Counted from the first letter of the stretch, positions 14,301 through 30,614 are shown. The stretch: 31,267 nucleotides of DNA from Eledone cirrhosa (GCA_964016885.1 CAXHJY010000260.1:1-31267), one strand, 5' to 3'. Notes: generated by a model not told the origin, from the sequence alone. Translations and numbers: made by a program.

Positions 14301-17068
14301 ACGAAACGAAATTTAATTTCGTTTCGTTATTTGTTTTTATCGTCTCCGTTGAACCGGTACTTACTCACACTCTATGCAAATTAGTCTGCCCACTACTAAT
14401 TTTCATAGAAAAAGCATATAACGATATGTGCTTTTACGATTCTCTAGAGAGGCCGGAAGATAGGTAAATATTGCTGATGAGTTGTAACAACAACGAAACT
14501 AGTTCAATATTCCTTGTCTGGCTTTCTGGAGAATAGAGGAAAGGTGTTTCCTCAAAAACCAGTATGACTCTAAAAACCGGTTTGTCTGTGTGTTTACATA
14601 CAGAATAGCTGGCCACTCACAGTAAAATGACCAGTGAAAAAACTTGGTACATCTACATATGTATACGTGTGTGTATTCATATACATACTAGTATTTCAGT
14701 ATACATATATGGATGTACATCTTTAACTTAATTGTTTAAGCGTCAGTCATACAAAAGTGAGTTACAAACGAAACGAAATTTAATTTCGTTTCGTTATTTG
14801 TTTTTATCGTCTCCGTTGAACCGGTACTTACTCACACTCTATGCAAATTAGTCTGCCCACTACTAATTTTCATAGAAAAAGCATATAACGATATGTGCTT
14901 TTACGATTCTCTAGAGAGGCCGGAAGATAGGTAAATATTGCTGATGAGTTGTAACAACAACGAAACTAGTTCAATATTCCTTGTCTGGCTTTCTGGAGAA
15001 TAGAGGAAAGGTGTTTCCTCAAAAACCAGTATGACTCTAAAAACCGGTTTGTCTGTGTGTTTACATACAGAATAGCTGGCCACTCACAGTAAAATGACCA
15101 GTGAAAAAACTTGGTACATCTACATATGTATACGTGTGTGTATTCATATACATACTAGTATTTCAGTATACATATATGGATGTACATCTTTAACTTAATT
15201 GTTTAAGCGTCAGTCATACAAAAGTGAGTTACAAACGAAACGAAATTTAATTTCGTTTCGTTATTTGTTTTTATCGTCTCCGTTGAACCGGTACTTACTC
15301 ACACTCTATGCAAATTAGTCTGCCCACTACTAATTTTCATAGAAAAAGCATATAACGATATGTGCTTTTACGATTCTCTAGAGAGGCCGGAAGATAGGTA
15401 AATATTGCTGATGAGTTGTAACAACAACGAAACTAGTTCAATATTCCTTGTCTGGCTTTCTGGAGAATAGAGGAAAGGTGTTTCCTCAAAAACCAGTATG
15501 ACTCTAAAAACCGGTTTGTCTGTGTGTTTACATACAGAATAGCTGGCCACTCACAGTAAAATGACCAGTGAAAAAACTTGGTACATCTACATATGTATAC
15601 GTGTGTGTATTCATATACATACTAGTATTTCAGTATACATATATGGATGTACATCTTTAACTTAATTGTTTAAGCGTCAGTCATACAAAAGTGAGTTACA
15701 AACGAAACGAAATTTAATTTCGTTTCGTTATTTGTTTTTATCGTCTCCGTTGAACCGGTACTTACTCACACTCTATGCAAATTAGTCTGCCCACTACTAA
15801 TTTTCATAGAAAAAGCATATAACGATATGTGCTTTTACGATTCTCTAGAGAGGCCGGAAGATAGGTAAATATTGCTGATGAGTTGTAACAACAACGAAAC
15901 TAGTTCAATATTCCTTGTCTGGCTTTCTGGAGAATAGAGGAAAGGTGTTTCCTCAAAAACCAGTATGACTCTAAAAACCGGTTTGTCTGTGTGTTTACAT
16001 ACAGAATAGCTGGCCACTCACAGTAAAATGACCAGTGAAAAAACTTGGTACATCTACATATGTATACGTGTGTGTATTCATATACATACTAGTATTTCAG
16101 TATACATATATGGATGTACATCTTTAACTTAATTGTTTAAGCGTCAGTCATACAAAAGTGAGTTACAAACGAAACGAAATTTAATTTCGTTTCGTTATTT
16201 GTTTTTATCGTCTCCGTTGAACCGGTACTTACTCACACTCTATGCAAATTAGTCTGCCCACTACTAATTTTCATAGAAAAAGCATATAACGATATGTGCT
16301 TTTACGATTCTCTAGAGAGGCCGGAAGATAGGTAAATATTGCTGATGAGTTGTAACAACAACGAAACTAGTTCAATATTCCTTGTCTGGCTTTCTGGAGA
16401 ATAGAGGAAAGGTGTTTCCTCAAAAACCAGTATGACTCTAAAAACCGGTTTGTCTGTGTGTTTACATACAGAATAGCTGGCCACTCACAGTAAAATGACC
16501 AGTGAAAAAACTTGGTACATCTACATATGTATACGTGTGTGTATTCATATACATACTAGTATTTCAGTATACATATATGGATGTACATCTTTAACTTAAT
16601 TGTTTAAGCGTCAGTCATACAAAAGTGAGTTACAAACGAAACGAAATTTAATTTCGTTTCGTTATTTGTTTTTATCGTCTCCGTTGAACCGGTACTTACT
16701 CACACTCTATGCAAATTAGTCTGCCCACTACTAATTTTCATAGAAAAAGCATATAACGATATGTGCTTTTACGATTCTCTAGAGAGGCCGGAAGATAGGT
16801 AAATATTGCTGATGAGTTGTAACAACAACGAAACTAGTTCAATATTCCTTGTCTGGCTTTCTGGAGAATAGAGGAAAGGTGTTTCCTCAAAAACCAGTAT
16901 GACTCTAAAAACCGGTTTGTCTGTGTGTTTACATACAGAATAGCTGGCCACTCACAGTAAAATGACCAGTGAAAAAACTTGGTACATCTACATATGTATA
17001 CGTGTGTGTATTCATATACATACTAGTATTTCAGTATACATATATGGATGTACATCTTTAACTTAATT
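11375..17068 (+). repeat. 467-bp tandem array, right block (about 12.2 units), inverted relative to the left block; HHR-sense strand is plus
   Basis: Reverse complement of the left block, with exact 467-bp spacing of the ORF-track copies (11632 to 16769). The only variant I noticed is T>C at 12981. Ends at ...acttaatt into (TA)n. Confidence 0.97.
11665..11709 (+). ncRNA. Minimal type I hammerhead ribozyme of the 467-bp unit (first of 12 plus-strand copies)
   Basis: AAUAUUG-CUGAUGA-GUUGU(AACA)ACAAC-GAAA-CUAG-UU/CAAUAUU: 7-bp stem I, intact core, 5-bp stem II, palindromic minimal helix III (ACUAGU). Predicted GUU cleavage after 11702. Confidence 0.9.
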
Positions 17069-18562
<1,494 letters not shown>

Positions 18563-18647
18563 TAGGAGGTGAGTTTTATTGTAGTACAATAAAGCAATGC
18601 AAATATCGGATAAGAAGCACTCTACAGTTTGTAGGTCTGGAGTATAC

Positions 18648-18896
18648 ATAATATAAGATCAAAAGATGGTTAAAGGAGTTCCATGTATTTTATTATGCGC
18701 ATTTCAAAAACAAACATTATCATGCAATATGTTGATTTAAAACTGCACTATCCACAAGTGTTTTTTAGCCTTCATATCATGTTCTCCTGTTTTATCTGAT
18801 GAAAACACAAATATTATTGCATGATAATGTTTGTTTTTGAAATGCTCATAATAAAATACATGGAACTCCTTTAACTATCTTTTGATCTTATATTAT
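18648..18896 (+). mobile_element. Second copy of the 250-bp fold-back element
   Basis: Near-identical to 3124-3373 and preceded by the same 88-bp segment (18560-18647). Confidence 0.85.
18790..18856 (+). ncRNA. Type I hammerhead ribozyme motif with a long AU-rich stem II
   Basis: UUUUAU-CUGAUGA-AAACACAAAUAUUAU(UGCAUG)AUAAUGUUUGUUUUU-GAAA-UGCUCA-UA/AUAAAA. The core is intact; the helix III palindrome (AUGCGCAU in the other copy) is mutated at 18846. Confidence 0.7.
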
Positions 18897-19394
<498 letters not shown>

Positions 19395-19397
<3 letters not shown>

Positions 19398-19665
19398 CAT
19401 TATGAAGAGAGAAGAAACAGTTAGATATAATTAGTAATAAAATGTATCATACCTAAACTGCTCCTAGATTCCTCGACTACGTAGTTTCGTGGCATAAACA
19501 AAAACAATACATCATAAAGATATAGAGTCCTTGCGAGGTCTGCCGACTTATCAAGAGGATACCTCATTTTACTAGCTTCAAGAACGCGTCTACACGACGT
19601 GAGAAAGAATCCCAAAAGGCGGAGGGGGAGATAGTCACGCGATATAACGGTCGAGAAACAGAGCT
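19395..19665 (-). repeat. 271-bp inverted arm of the 593-bp array, containing a minus-strand HHR at 19470-19559
   Basis: Reverse complement of 19844-20114, with a 178-bp spacer and a CT microhomology at 19664-19665. Confidence 0.95.
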
Positions 19666-22055
19666 GTGTGTTTCTAAATATATTGTTCATAACTCCCTCT
19701 GGTCGAGTAATCTTTGAAGCGTGGTGACTGCTGGAAAGCTGCCATTACTCATACTTCTCGCCTCCTTCACCACCTCTTCTACGGCTTCGATATAAATACC
19801 CCCTCCGCCTCCGTGGTATTTTCTTCGGGGTTATAGGAGGCTTAGCTCTGTTTCTCGACCGTTATATCGCGTGACTATCTCCCCCTCCGCCTTTTGGGAT
19901 TCTTTCTCACGTCGTGTAGACGCGTTCTTGAAGCTAGTAAAATGAGGTATCCTCTTGATAAGTCGGCAGACCTCGCAAGGACTCTATATCTTTATGATGT
20001 ATTGTTTTTGTTTATGCCACGAAACTACGTAGTCGAGGAATCTAGGAGCAGTTTAGGTATGATACATTTTATTACTAATTATATCTAACTGTTTCTTCTC
20101 TCTTCATAATGTATTTTTAACTCTGATACTGGTTCAGTCTAATTCAACCGGATTGGTCTGTCCCAGTCATTCATTGAGCAACATCGGTAAGGTTGGCACC
20201 ATTAACTCACGGTTGGGTGTGGATGCATTCATGTATATGTGTGTGTCCGCATGTATCTGTGTGTTTCTAAATATATTGTTCATAACTCCCTCTGGTCGAG
20301 TAATCTTTGAAGTGTGGTGACTGCTGGAAAGCTGCCATTACTCATACTTCTCGCCCCCTTCACCACCTCTTCTACGGCTTCGATATAAATACCCCCTCCG
20401 CCTCCGTGGTATTTTCTTCGGGGTTATAGGAGGCTTAGCTCTGTTTCTCGACCGTTATATCGCGTGACTATCTCCCCCTCCGCCTTTTGAGATTCTTTCT
20501 CACGTCGTGTAGACGCGTTCTTGAAGCTAGTAAAATGAGGTATCCTCTTGATAAGTCGGCAGACCTCGCAAGGACTCTATATCTTTATGATGTATTGTTT
20601 TTGTTTATGCCACGAAACTACGTAGTCGAGGAATCTAGGAGCAGTTTAGGTATGATACATTTTATTACTAATTATATCTAACTGTTTCTTCTCTCTTCAT
20701 AATGTATTTTTAACTCTGATACTGGTTCAGTCTAATTCAACCGGATTGGTCTGTCCCAGTCATTCATTGAGCAACATCGGTAAGGTTGGCACCATTAACT
20801 CACGGTTGGGTGTGGATGCATTCATGTATATGTGTGTGTCCGCATGTATCTGTGTGTTTCTAAATATATTGTTCATAACTCCCTCTGGTCGAGTAATCTT
20901 TGAAGTATGGTGACTGCTGGAAAGCTGCCATTACTCATACTTCTCGCCTCCTTCACCACCTCTTCTACGGCTTCGATATAAATACCCCCTCCGCCTCCGT
21001 GGTATTTTCTTCGGGGTTATAGGAGGCTTAGCTCTGTTTCTCGACCGTTATATCGCGTGACTATCTCCCCTCCGCCTTTTGGGATTCTTTCTCACGTCGT
21101 GTAGACGCGTTCTTGAAGCTAGTAAAATGAGGTATCCTCTTGATAAGTCGGCAGACCTCGCAAGGACTCTATATCTTTATGATGTATTGTTTTTGTTTAT
21201 GCCACGAAACTACGTAGTCGAGGAATCTAGGAGCAGTTTAGGTATGATACATTTTATTACTAATTATATCTAACTGTTTCTTCTCTCTTCATAATATATT
21301 TTTAACTCTGATACTGGTTCAGTCTAATTCAACCGGATTGGTCTGTCCCAGTCATTCATTGAGCAACATCGGTAAGGTTGGCACCATTAACTCACGGTTG
21401 GGCGTGGATGCATTCATGTATATGTGTGTGTCCGCATGTATCTGTGTGTTTCTAAATATATTGTTCATAACTCCCTCTGGTCGAGTAATCTTTGAAGTGT
21501 GGTGACTGCTGGAAAGCTGCCATTACTCATACTTCTCGCCCCCTTCACCACCTCTTCTACGGCTTCGATATAAATACCCCCTCCGCCTCCGTGGTATTTT
21601 CTTCGGGGTTATAGGAGGCTTAGCTCTGTTTCTCGACCGTTATATCGCGTGACTATCTCCCCCTCCGCCTTTTGGGATTCTTTCTCACGTCGTGTAGACG
21701 CGTTCTTGAAGCTAGTAAAATGAGGTATCCTCTTGATAAGTCGGCAGACCTCGCAAGGACTCTATATCTTTATGATGTATTGTGTTTGTTTATGCCACGA
21801 AACTACGTAGTCGAGGAATCTAGGAGCAGTTTAGGTATGATACATTTTATTACTAATTATATCTAACTGTTTCTTCTCTCTTCATAATGTATTTTTAACT
21901 CTGATACTGGTTCAGTCTAATTCAACCGGATTGGTCTGTCCCAGTCATTCATTGAGCAACATCGGTAAGGTTGGCACCATTAACTCACGGTTGGGTGTGG
22001 ATGCATTCATGTATATGTGTGTGTCCGCATGTATCTGTGTGTTTCTAAATATATT
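19664..22055 (+). repeat. 593-bp tandem array (4 units + 21 bp); retrozyme-like, HHR-sense plus
   Basis: The unit start 'ctgtgtgtttctaaat' occurs at 19664, 20257 ... 22035. A few SNPs and one 1-bp deletion. Ends into (TA)n. Confidence 0.96.
19950..20039 (+). ncRNA. Minimal type I hammerhead ribozyme, U3-A8 core variant with a large loop II (also at 20543-20632, 21135-21224, 21728-21817)
   Basis: UCCUC-UUGAUAA-GU(C)GGCA...UGCCAC-GAAA-CUACGUAG-UC/GAGGA. Stem I UCCUC/GAGGA; helix III is the 10-nt palindrome ACUACGUAGU. Predicted GUC cleavage after 20034. Confidence 0.82.
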
Positions 22056-23258
<1,203 letters not shown>

Positions 23259-23262
<4 letters not shown>

Positions 23263-24790
23263 TATTGTAGGAGCTCAGCATGTATGCCATCCATACCTGG
23301 AGATCTTCCACTGTTCAGCTTCGAAATAGCCACTGCAACCTCGACAAGCGTCGGAGGTCCTGCGAGAGCTACTTTCACAGGACTTTCTGGAATGAGATTG
23401 AGGAAATCTTCACTGACGACAGACGGCTGATTCAAAAGATCATCAAAGTGCTCTCGCCACCTTAGTAGAATTCCTTGTGAGTCACGAAGAAGTTCTTTGC
23501 CATCCCTGCTGCGAAGCGGTGTCACCAGAGAAGAAGACGGTCCATAAACCTCACGCAAGAGACTGTACAACAGCTTTGTGTTATTGGAATCAGACGCAGT
23601 TTGTATCTCACCAGCCTTCTCACTCCACCACTGATCCTTCATCTGAGAAAGACTCCGCCTAACACGTGATTTTACATCCCTGAGTTCCTCATGCAACGTA
23701 TTCCTCTCCTGTGGTTTTGCCGTCAAGTAGCGTGACAGAGCACGCCTCTTATCAGCCAACAAGTCTTCTATATGTACATCATTCTCATTAAACCAGTCCT
23801 GATGTTTCCTCTGCGCCAATCCCAGAACACGCCTGACTACATCATAAACCGACTTTTTAAGGGTTGGCCAATCCTCACCAAGATCTGCAGCCTGCATCTC
23901 TTCTTCCAATGTCCTCTTCACATTTTTATCCTTAAGACGAGCAGCATTCAATCTTTTGAGCAGAGCAACACCAGGAGCCCGGATTTTATGTTTAGTGATT
24001 AGTTTCACTTTTGCGCGTACCAGGCGGTGGTCCGTCCAGCACTCAGCTCCACGAAGAACACGAACACACCGCACATCGTGTCTGTCACGCATCCTGACTA
24101 GGACGTAGTCCAAAAGATGCCATTCCTTAGATGCAGGATGCATCCATGTGGTCTTGAATTTGTTCTTTTGTTGGAACATGGTGTTGGTAACACACAGATC
24201 CAGCTCCTCACACATCTGCAGCAGGAGCATACCATTGCTGTTACACTTTCCCACCCCATGCCTTCCGATTACATTCCATGTGTTAAAATCCCTACCCACT
24301 CTAGCATTAAAGTCACCAAGCACGATGACTTTGTCTGCCTGAGGGATATTTCTTAAAACACCTTTCAAGGCATGGTAAAAGGACACCTTTTCCTCATCGA
24401 CAGAACTCATAGTTGGAGCATACACACTCACCAGGGTAGCATATCTTCCCTTGTCCAGCGGAACTCTCATGGACATAAGACGCTCACTAATCCTTACTGG
24501 GAATTCTTCTAATTTGTTCACAAGTACAGTCTTAACAGCAAATCCTACCCCAGCCTCTCTTCTGGTTCCTTCATCTCTTCCTTTCCAGAAGAATGTATAT
24601 TCTCCACAAAAATTCCGTAAGATGACCATCTCCAGCTAACCTCGTCTCAGATAAAGCCACGATGTCAAGATCGTAACGTCGAAGCTCCTTTGCAACAAGA
24701 CCGGTCCTTCGTTCAGGACGCTCCAAGGAATCCCTGTCAAGCAGCGTCTGTACGTTCCAGCAGCCAAGACTAAATGCCTTGTTTGGCTCT
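23259..24790 (-). pseudogene. RTE-clade LINE ORF, 5' half: APE endonuclease and linker, truncated at the start of the RT domain; one frameshift near 24610
   Basis: Motifs LGCWNVQTL, DIVALSETRL, GVGFAV, VSVYAPT, LGDFNARVG, TWMHP, LDYVLV, TDHRLV, GRSPGMDGIHAELL. The N-terminus lies in a second frame (ORF 24571-24975). Confidence 0.9.
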
Positions 24791-24928
24791 ATTACAATGG
24801 CACGATGACGAGCGGGCCCAGGCTGTGATAACCTGGGGCCCCTGCCCTTATTGCCAATGATCTTTTTTGTTCCAGAACCTAAATTGCCAATTATCTCTTT
24901 TATATTGTTCTGGAACATAATTGAATTA

Positions 24929-25006
24929 GAAAAAAAAAAAAAAGAAAAAAAAAAAAGTAATAATAATAGTAACAATAATAATAATAATAATAATAATAGT
25001 AGTAGT
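24929..25006. repeat. Poly(A) plus (TAA)n/(TAG)n tract
   Basis: Direct reading. Confidence 0.9.
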
Positions 25007-25084
25007 ACACTATTAATAATTATTAATGCACTCGTGCAATGCCTGTGCGTGACGAATATTTTTAAAGTGAGGAAAAACTGTGCA

Positions 25085-25302
25085 CTGAGCCAATCCCACT
25101 CTCTGCTATAACCCGAAAAGAAGAAAAGATCAACATCATCGGTAACTACTGAGCCGCAGGTTTTATGTCGGAGTTAACCCAGTTTCCTGAGATGCCTTCT
25201 CCTAGAAGAATGCCCTGACAAGGGCTAAGGGTTCTTCACTCCCAGTGGTTTAACTGCGCGATCGGGCATCCAGCCCGATTACATCTATGTCCCCGCGCGC
25301 GC
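25085..25302 (-). mobile_element. Possible 5' UTR of the RTE element
   Basis: GC-richer segment upstream of the ORF. The minus-strand 'tctaggagaagg' resembles RTE 5' UTRs (from recollection). Hairpin atcgggc-atcca-gcccgat at 25261-25279. Confidence 0.4.
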
Positions 25303-25423
25303 AAAAAAAAAAAATCACTTATTGACACTTATACGTACGACATCCACACACGCGCATACATATGCGCGCACAAAGCAACACTCATACATACAAACAAACA
25401 CACACACGCTACTCTACTCACTT

Positions 25424-25455
<32 letters not shown>

Positions 25456-25587
25456 TACCGTCATTACTGATACAAGATTACAAGATTATGTCAACTGTTG
25501 ACTTTCAAGAGTTTGTATAGTTGAAGCCGATCGTACTACAGTCCAGTATTATTATAATTGCTTTACAGCATAGAGCTATGGCTCTCC

Positions 25588-25715
25588 ACGCCCTGAGCTT
25601 AAATCCCGCCGAGGTCAACCTTGCCTTTCCTCCCCACGGAGTCAACAAAAGAGAGTACCAGTGATGCGCTGGGCCAGTCGCTGGATCCGTGCCAAAAGCA
25701 GAAAAATTATTATTA
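25588..25715 (+). mobile_element. Decayed tRNA-derived SINE
   Basis: B-box-like gagcttaaatccc, then a body 'gaggtcaaccttgcctttc...gtaccagt', ending in (tta)n. Similar to 3381-3452. Confidence 0.6.
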
Positions 25716-25741
25716 AAGTTGTTTTCTTAAGGCCCGGTCGC

Positions 25742-25855
25742 TGGTGATGGTGGTGGCGGTGGCGGTGGTGGTGGCGGTGATGGCAGTTGATGTTGTTGTT
25801 GTGTTGTGTGTGTGTTTTGTTATTTTGAGTTTTTTTTTATTTTTGTTGTTGTTGT
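25742..25855. repeat. (GGT/GGC)n, (GTT)n and (GT)n low-complexity tract
   Basis: Direct reading. Confidence 0.9.
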
Positions 25856-25969
25856 AAATGTTCATGTCAGTTCATTCTGAAGCTGTTGTTGCTGTAAACA
25901 TTAGTGCCGGTGTTGTAGATGTTGGGGTTGAAATCTGGTACTTTGTCTGAGTGATGTATATACACACAT

Positions 25970-26009
<40 letters not shown>

Positions 26010-27187
26010 TCAACAGAGAGTAGAGAGTTTGACAACAGGTCGATGACTTAAGTCTAGATAGGGTAATGACATGTGATGGTGGGGAGAGAGTGTAGAAGTT
26101 ATTGTGGTGGCGGGGGTGACAGTGCGATGTATCTAGTTCATTTGACCGTTTTCTTCTCTTTGCAAAATTTGAATTTTAGCCATGTTATATTGAGATGTAA
26201 GTAAATGGAAAATGTAAAATATAAATAAGGATTGCTCTGCTAAAATATACTAAAATATTTGTGTAACTTCCACAAACTTCTGTCGTGATATTCCCGAGTC
26301 CAGTGACCAACAAATTGTTGTATTTTGATGTTTCAGAATACAAAAATTAATTAAAAACTTACCCCACGAAAAGACAGCGTGTGTTGTCCTATCTATAAGC
26401 TCCCTCATACATCATATCTCCCCTATATATATATATATATATTCATACATATATATATATATATATATAAGTTGAAAAAAATGAAAACGAAATTTCATTT
26501 CTCACTCTTAGTATGGCACTTACTTAAATGTAAGTATGTATGTATACGTACATACATATATGTATACAGACGTACAGTAGCATGCACATATATACACATA
26601 TACGCATATATATATATATATATATATATATTATACACACACATATACACATATGCATACAGGTACACATACATATATGCACGCATCAGTTTAGCCGATG
26701 TTTATTGGTATTCCAGGTAGTGGATGATATATATACTCATGTATACTGTTGAAGATGAAGAGAAAGACTGTAAAAAACTAGCTTATCTTTATAACTTAAA
26801 ATTGATATACACTACGATACTTTTTGCCTTATGACAGCTAGTTTTACACGCCGTAACATTAGATACATTATATACCCCCCACCTAAGTAATGTCTGGGTC
26901 TCCTAAATAATTTATTGATAGCATTGTTATAATTGTTGTTATTGTTCTAATTGAATGGCATTACTACTTGATATAGTAGCATGTATTTTCTTTTCTTTTC
27001 TTGCCTGTGTATTTTCTTCATTCTCGCATGCTCCGAGGATCTGACTGGTTATAATTCTGTATTGGCGATCGAATAACGCAAAATTAGGCGGATAGCGATC
27101 TCTAGACATACCAGTTCAGTGAAACAAATGTAAGCTATGTGATTAAAAACTTTTTTGTATAGCAAACCATGAAAACCTTCTTTCCTG

Positions 27188-27378
<191 letters not shown>

Positions 27379-27659
27379 GTATAAAGAAAAAGGGATGAAA
27401 TCGAAAATGCAACTGAACTCTTATTTTTTTTTTAAATATATATATTTATTTGGTTCCTTTACCGGTTTCGCAGTTCTTCTGCTTTTCAAAAGGTGAGTTG
27501 AGATGGTGGGTCTGTGGTAACCACAGAACCTCCATATCAACTCACCTTTTGAAAAGCAGAAGAACTGCGAAACCGGTAAAGGAACCAAATAAATATATAT
27601 ATTTTTTAAAAAAATAAGACTTCAGTTGCATTTTCGATTTCATCCCTTTTTCTTTATAC
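27379..27659. repeat. 281-bp palindrome (140-bp arms, 1-nt centre at 27519) with one HHR per arm; unique sequence continues to about 27720
   Basis: The arms are reverse complementary with a few mismatches. Centre reads tctgtggt-a-accacaga. Confidence 0.95.
27545..27582 (+). ncRNA. Minimal type I hammerhead ribozyme, U3-A8 variant (mirror copy at 27456-27493, minus strand)
   Basis: CCUU-UUGAAAA-GCAG(AAGAA)CUGC-GAAA-CCGG-UA/AAGG. Helix III palindrome ACCGGU; predicted GUA cleavage after 27578. Confidence 0.85.
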
Positions 27660-27713
27660 TTCCACTCGTGTAGGACACCTCGGTTATTTTTCATTTTGTA
27701 AAAAAAACCTCAC

Positions 27714-27800
<87 letters not shown>

Positions 27801-27812
27801 CATATATAATAC

Positions 27813-27871
<59 letters not shown>

Positions 27872-27918
27872 TATATATATATAATATATATATATATATA
27901 TAATATATATATATATAC

Positions 27919-28004
<86 letters not shown>

Positions 28005-28027
28005 ATAATATATATAATATATATATA

Positions 28028-28248
<221 letters not shown>

Positions 28249-28282
28249 ATATACATATATATATATACATATATATATATAC

Positions 28283-28340
<58 letters not shown>

Positions 28341-28354
28341 GATATATATATATG

Positions 28355-28456
<102 letters not shown>

Positions 28457-28468
28457 ATTATATATATA

Positions 28469-28520
<52 letters not shown>

Positions 28521-28542
28521 ATATATATATATATGTATATAT

Positions 28543-28614
28543 ATAATGAAAAATTGAACAGGGACAGATCAGAGAGTCAGTACAATAAATGTTTATTAAA
28601 TTCACGCTCAGGAA
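28543..28614. repeat. 72-bp island in (TA)n, with an inverted copy at 29836-29907
   Basis: Reverse complements with 2 mismatches. Confidence 0.9.
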
Positions 28615-28618
28615 TATA

Positions 28619-28651
<33 letters not shown>

Positions 28652-28672
28652 ATATATATATATGTATATATG

Positions 28673-28713
<41 letters not shown>

Positions 28714-28936
28714 CATATATATATATATATATGTATATATATGTATATATATATATATATATATATAAATATATATATATATAATATATATATATTTTAA
28801 TACATATATATATTTTAATACATATATATTTTACACTACTCCGGAGTAACCAAACCAACCTGCGCACTTTGTCGAGTACTCCAGCCTGCATACTGAGGTG
28901 TTGGTATACGACCAACATAAACTCAAAATCTATATA

Positions 28937-28996
<60 letters not shown>

Positions 28997-29025
28997 TATA
29001 ATAATATATATATACATATATATAA

Positions 29026-29061
<36 letters not shown>

Positions 29062-29062
29062 C

Positions 29063-29119
<57 letters not shown>

Positions 29120-29132
29120 CATATATATATAG

Positions 29133-29209
<77 letters not shown>

Positions 29210-29249
29210 TATATTCATATATATATATATATACACATATATATAATAT

Positions 29250-29283
<34 letters not shown>

Positions 29284-29289
29284 ATATAC

Positions 29290-29320
<31 letters not shown>

Positions 29321-29332
29321 CATATATATATA

Positions 29333-29412
<80 letters not shown>

Positions 29413-29414
29413 AT

Positions 29415-29612
<198 letters not shown>

Positions 29613-29629
29613 ATACATATATTATAATT

Positions 29630-29666
<37 letters not shown>

Positions 29667-29673
29667 GTAAGGG

Positions 29674-29721
29674 CGGTGCCCCAGCATGGCCTCAGCCGGA
29701 TGGCTGAAACAGGTAAAAGAG
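29674..29721 (+). mobile_element. 48-bp SINE/LINE 3'-tail fragment
   Basis: Exact inverted copy at 30367-30414, where it carries a (gtaaaaga)n-type tail. Confidence 0.6.
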
Positions 29722-29731
29722 AATAATATAT

Positions 29732-29765
<34 letters not shown>

Positions 29766-29793
29766 ATATATATATATAATATATAATATATAT

Positions 29794-29837
<44 letters not shown>

Positions 29838-29908
29838 CCTGAGCGTGAATTTAATAAACATTTATTGTACTGCCTCTCTGTTCTGTCCCTGTTCAATTTT
29901 TCATTATC

Positions 29909-29939
<31 letters not shown>

Positions 29940-29948
29940 CATATATAC

Positions 29949-30043
<95 letters not shown>

Positions 30044-30079
30044 TACATATATATATTATATATATATATATATATACAA

Positions 30080-30269
<190 letters not shown>

Positions 30270-30280
30270 CATATATACAA

Positions 30281-30326
<46 letters not shown>

Positions 30327-30357
30327 GTTATATATATATATATATATATACATATAT

Positions 30358-30414
30358 ACTCTTTTACTCTTTTACCTGTTTCAGCCATCCGGCTGAGGCC
30401 ATGCTGGGGCACCG
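30358..30414 (-). mobile_element. Inverted copy of the same 3'-tail fragment, with an 8-bp tandem tail
   Basis: tactcttttactcttttacctgtttcagccatccggctgaggccatgctggggcaccg. Confidence 0.6.
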
Positions 30415-30418
30415 TAAC

Positions 30419-30483
<65 letters not shown>

Positions 30484-30499
30484 TTATATATATATATAT

Positions 30500-30535
<36 letters not shown>

Positions 30536-30563
30536 CATAATATATATATATATACATATATGT

Positions 30564-30601
<38 letters not shown>

Positions 30602-30614
30602 CATATATATATAC

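Noticed and set aside
3814-16951. Repeated 60-aa ORF MASYSVCK... in the 467-bp unit
   Set aside because: It has a GTG start, is antisense to the ribozyme, has no recognisable domain, and is interrupted by a stop in the diverged copy. It recurs only because the unit is repeated.
19894-21866. Repeated 64-aa ORF in the 593-bp unit
   Set aside because: It has a TTG start, no recognisable motif, and spans the predicted self-cleavage site.
25240-25302. HDV-like ribozyme at the RTE 5' end (known for some RTE elements)
   Set aside because: Only one 7-bp hairpin is visible and I could not build the nested double pseudoknot.
25490-25510. Palindrome gtcaac-t-gttgac next to a minus-strand ttgaaa
   Set aside because: No GAAA, helix III or stem I; likely chance.
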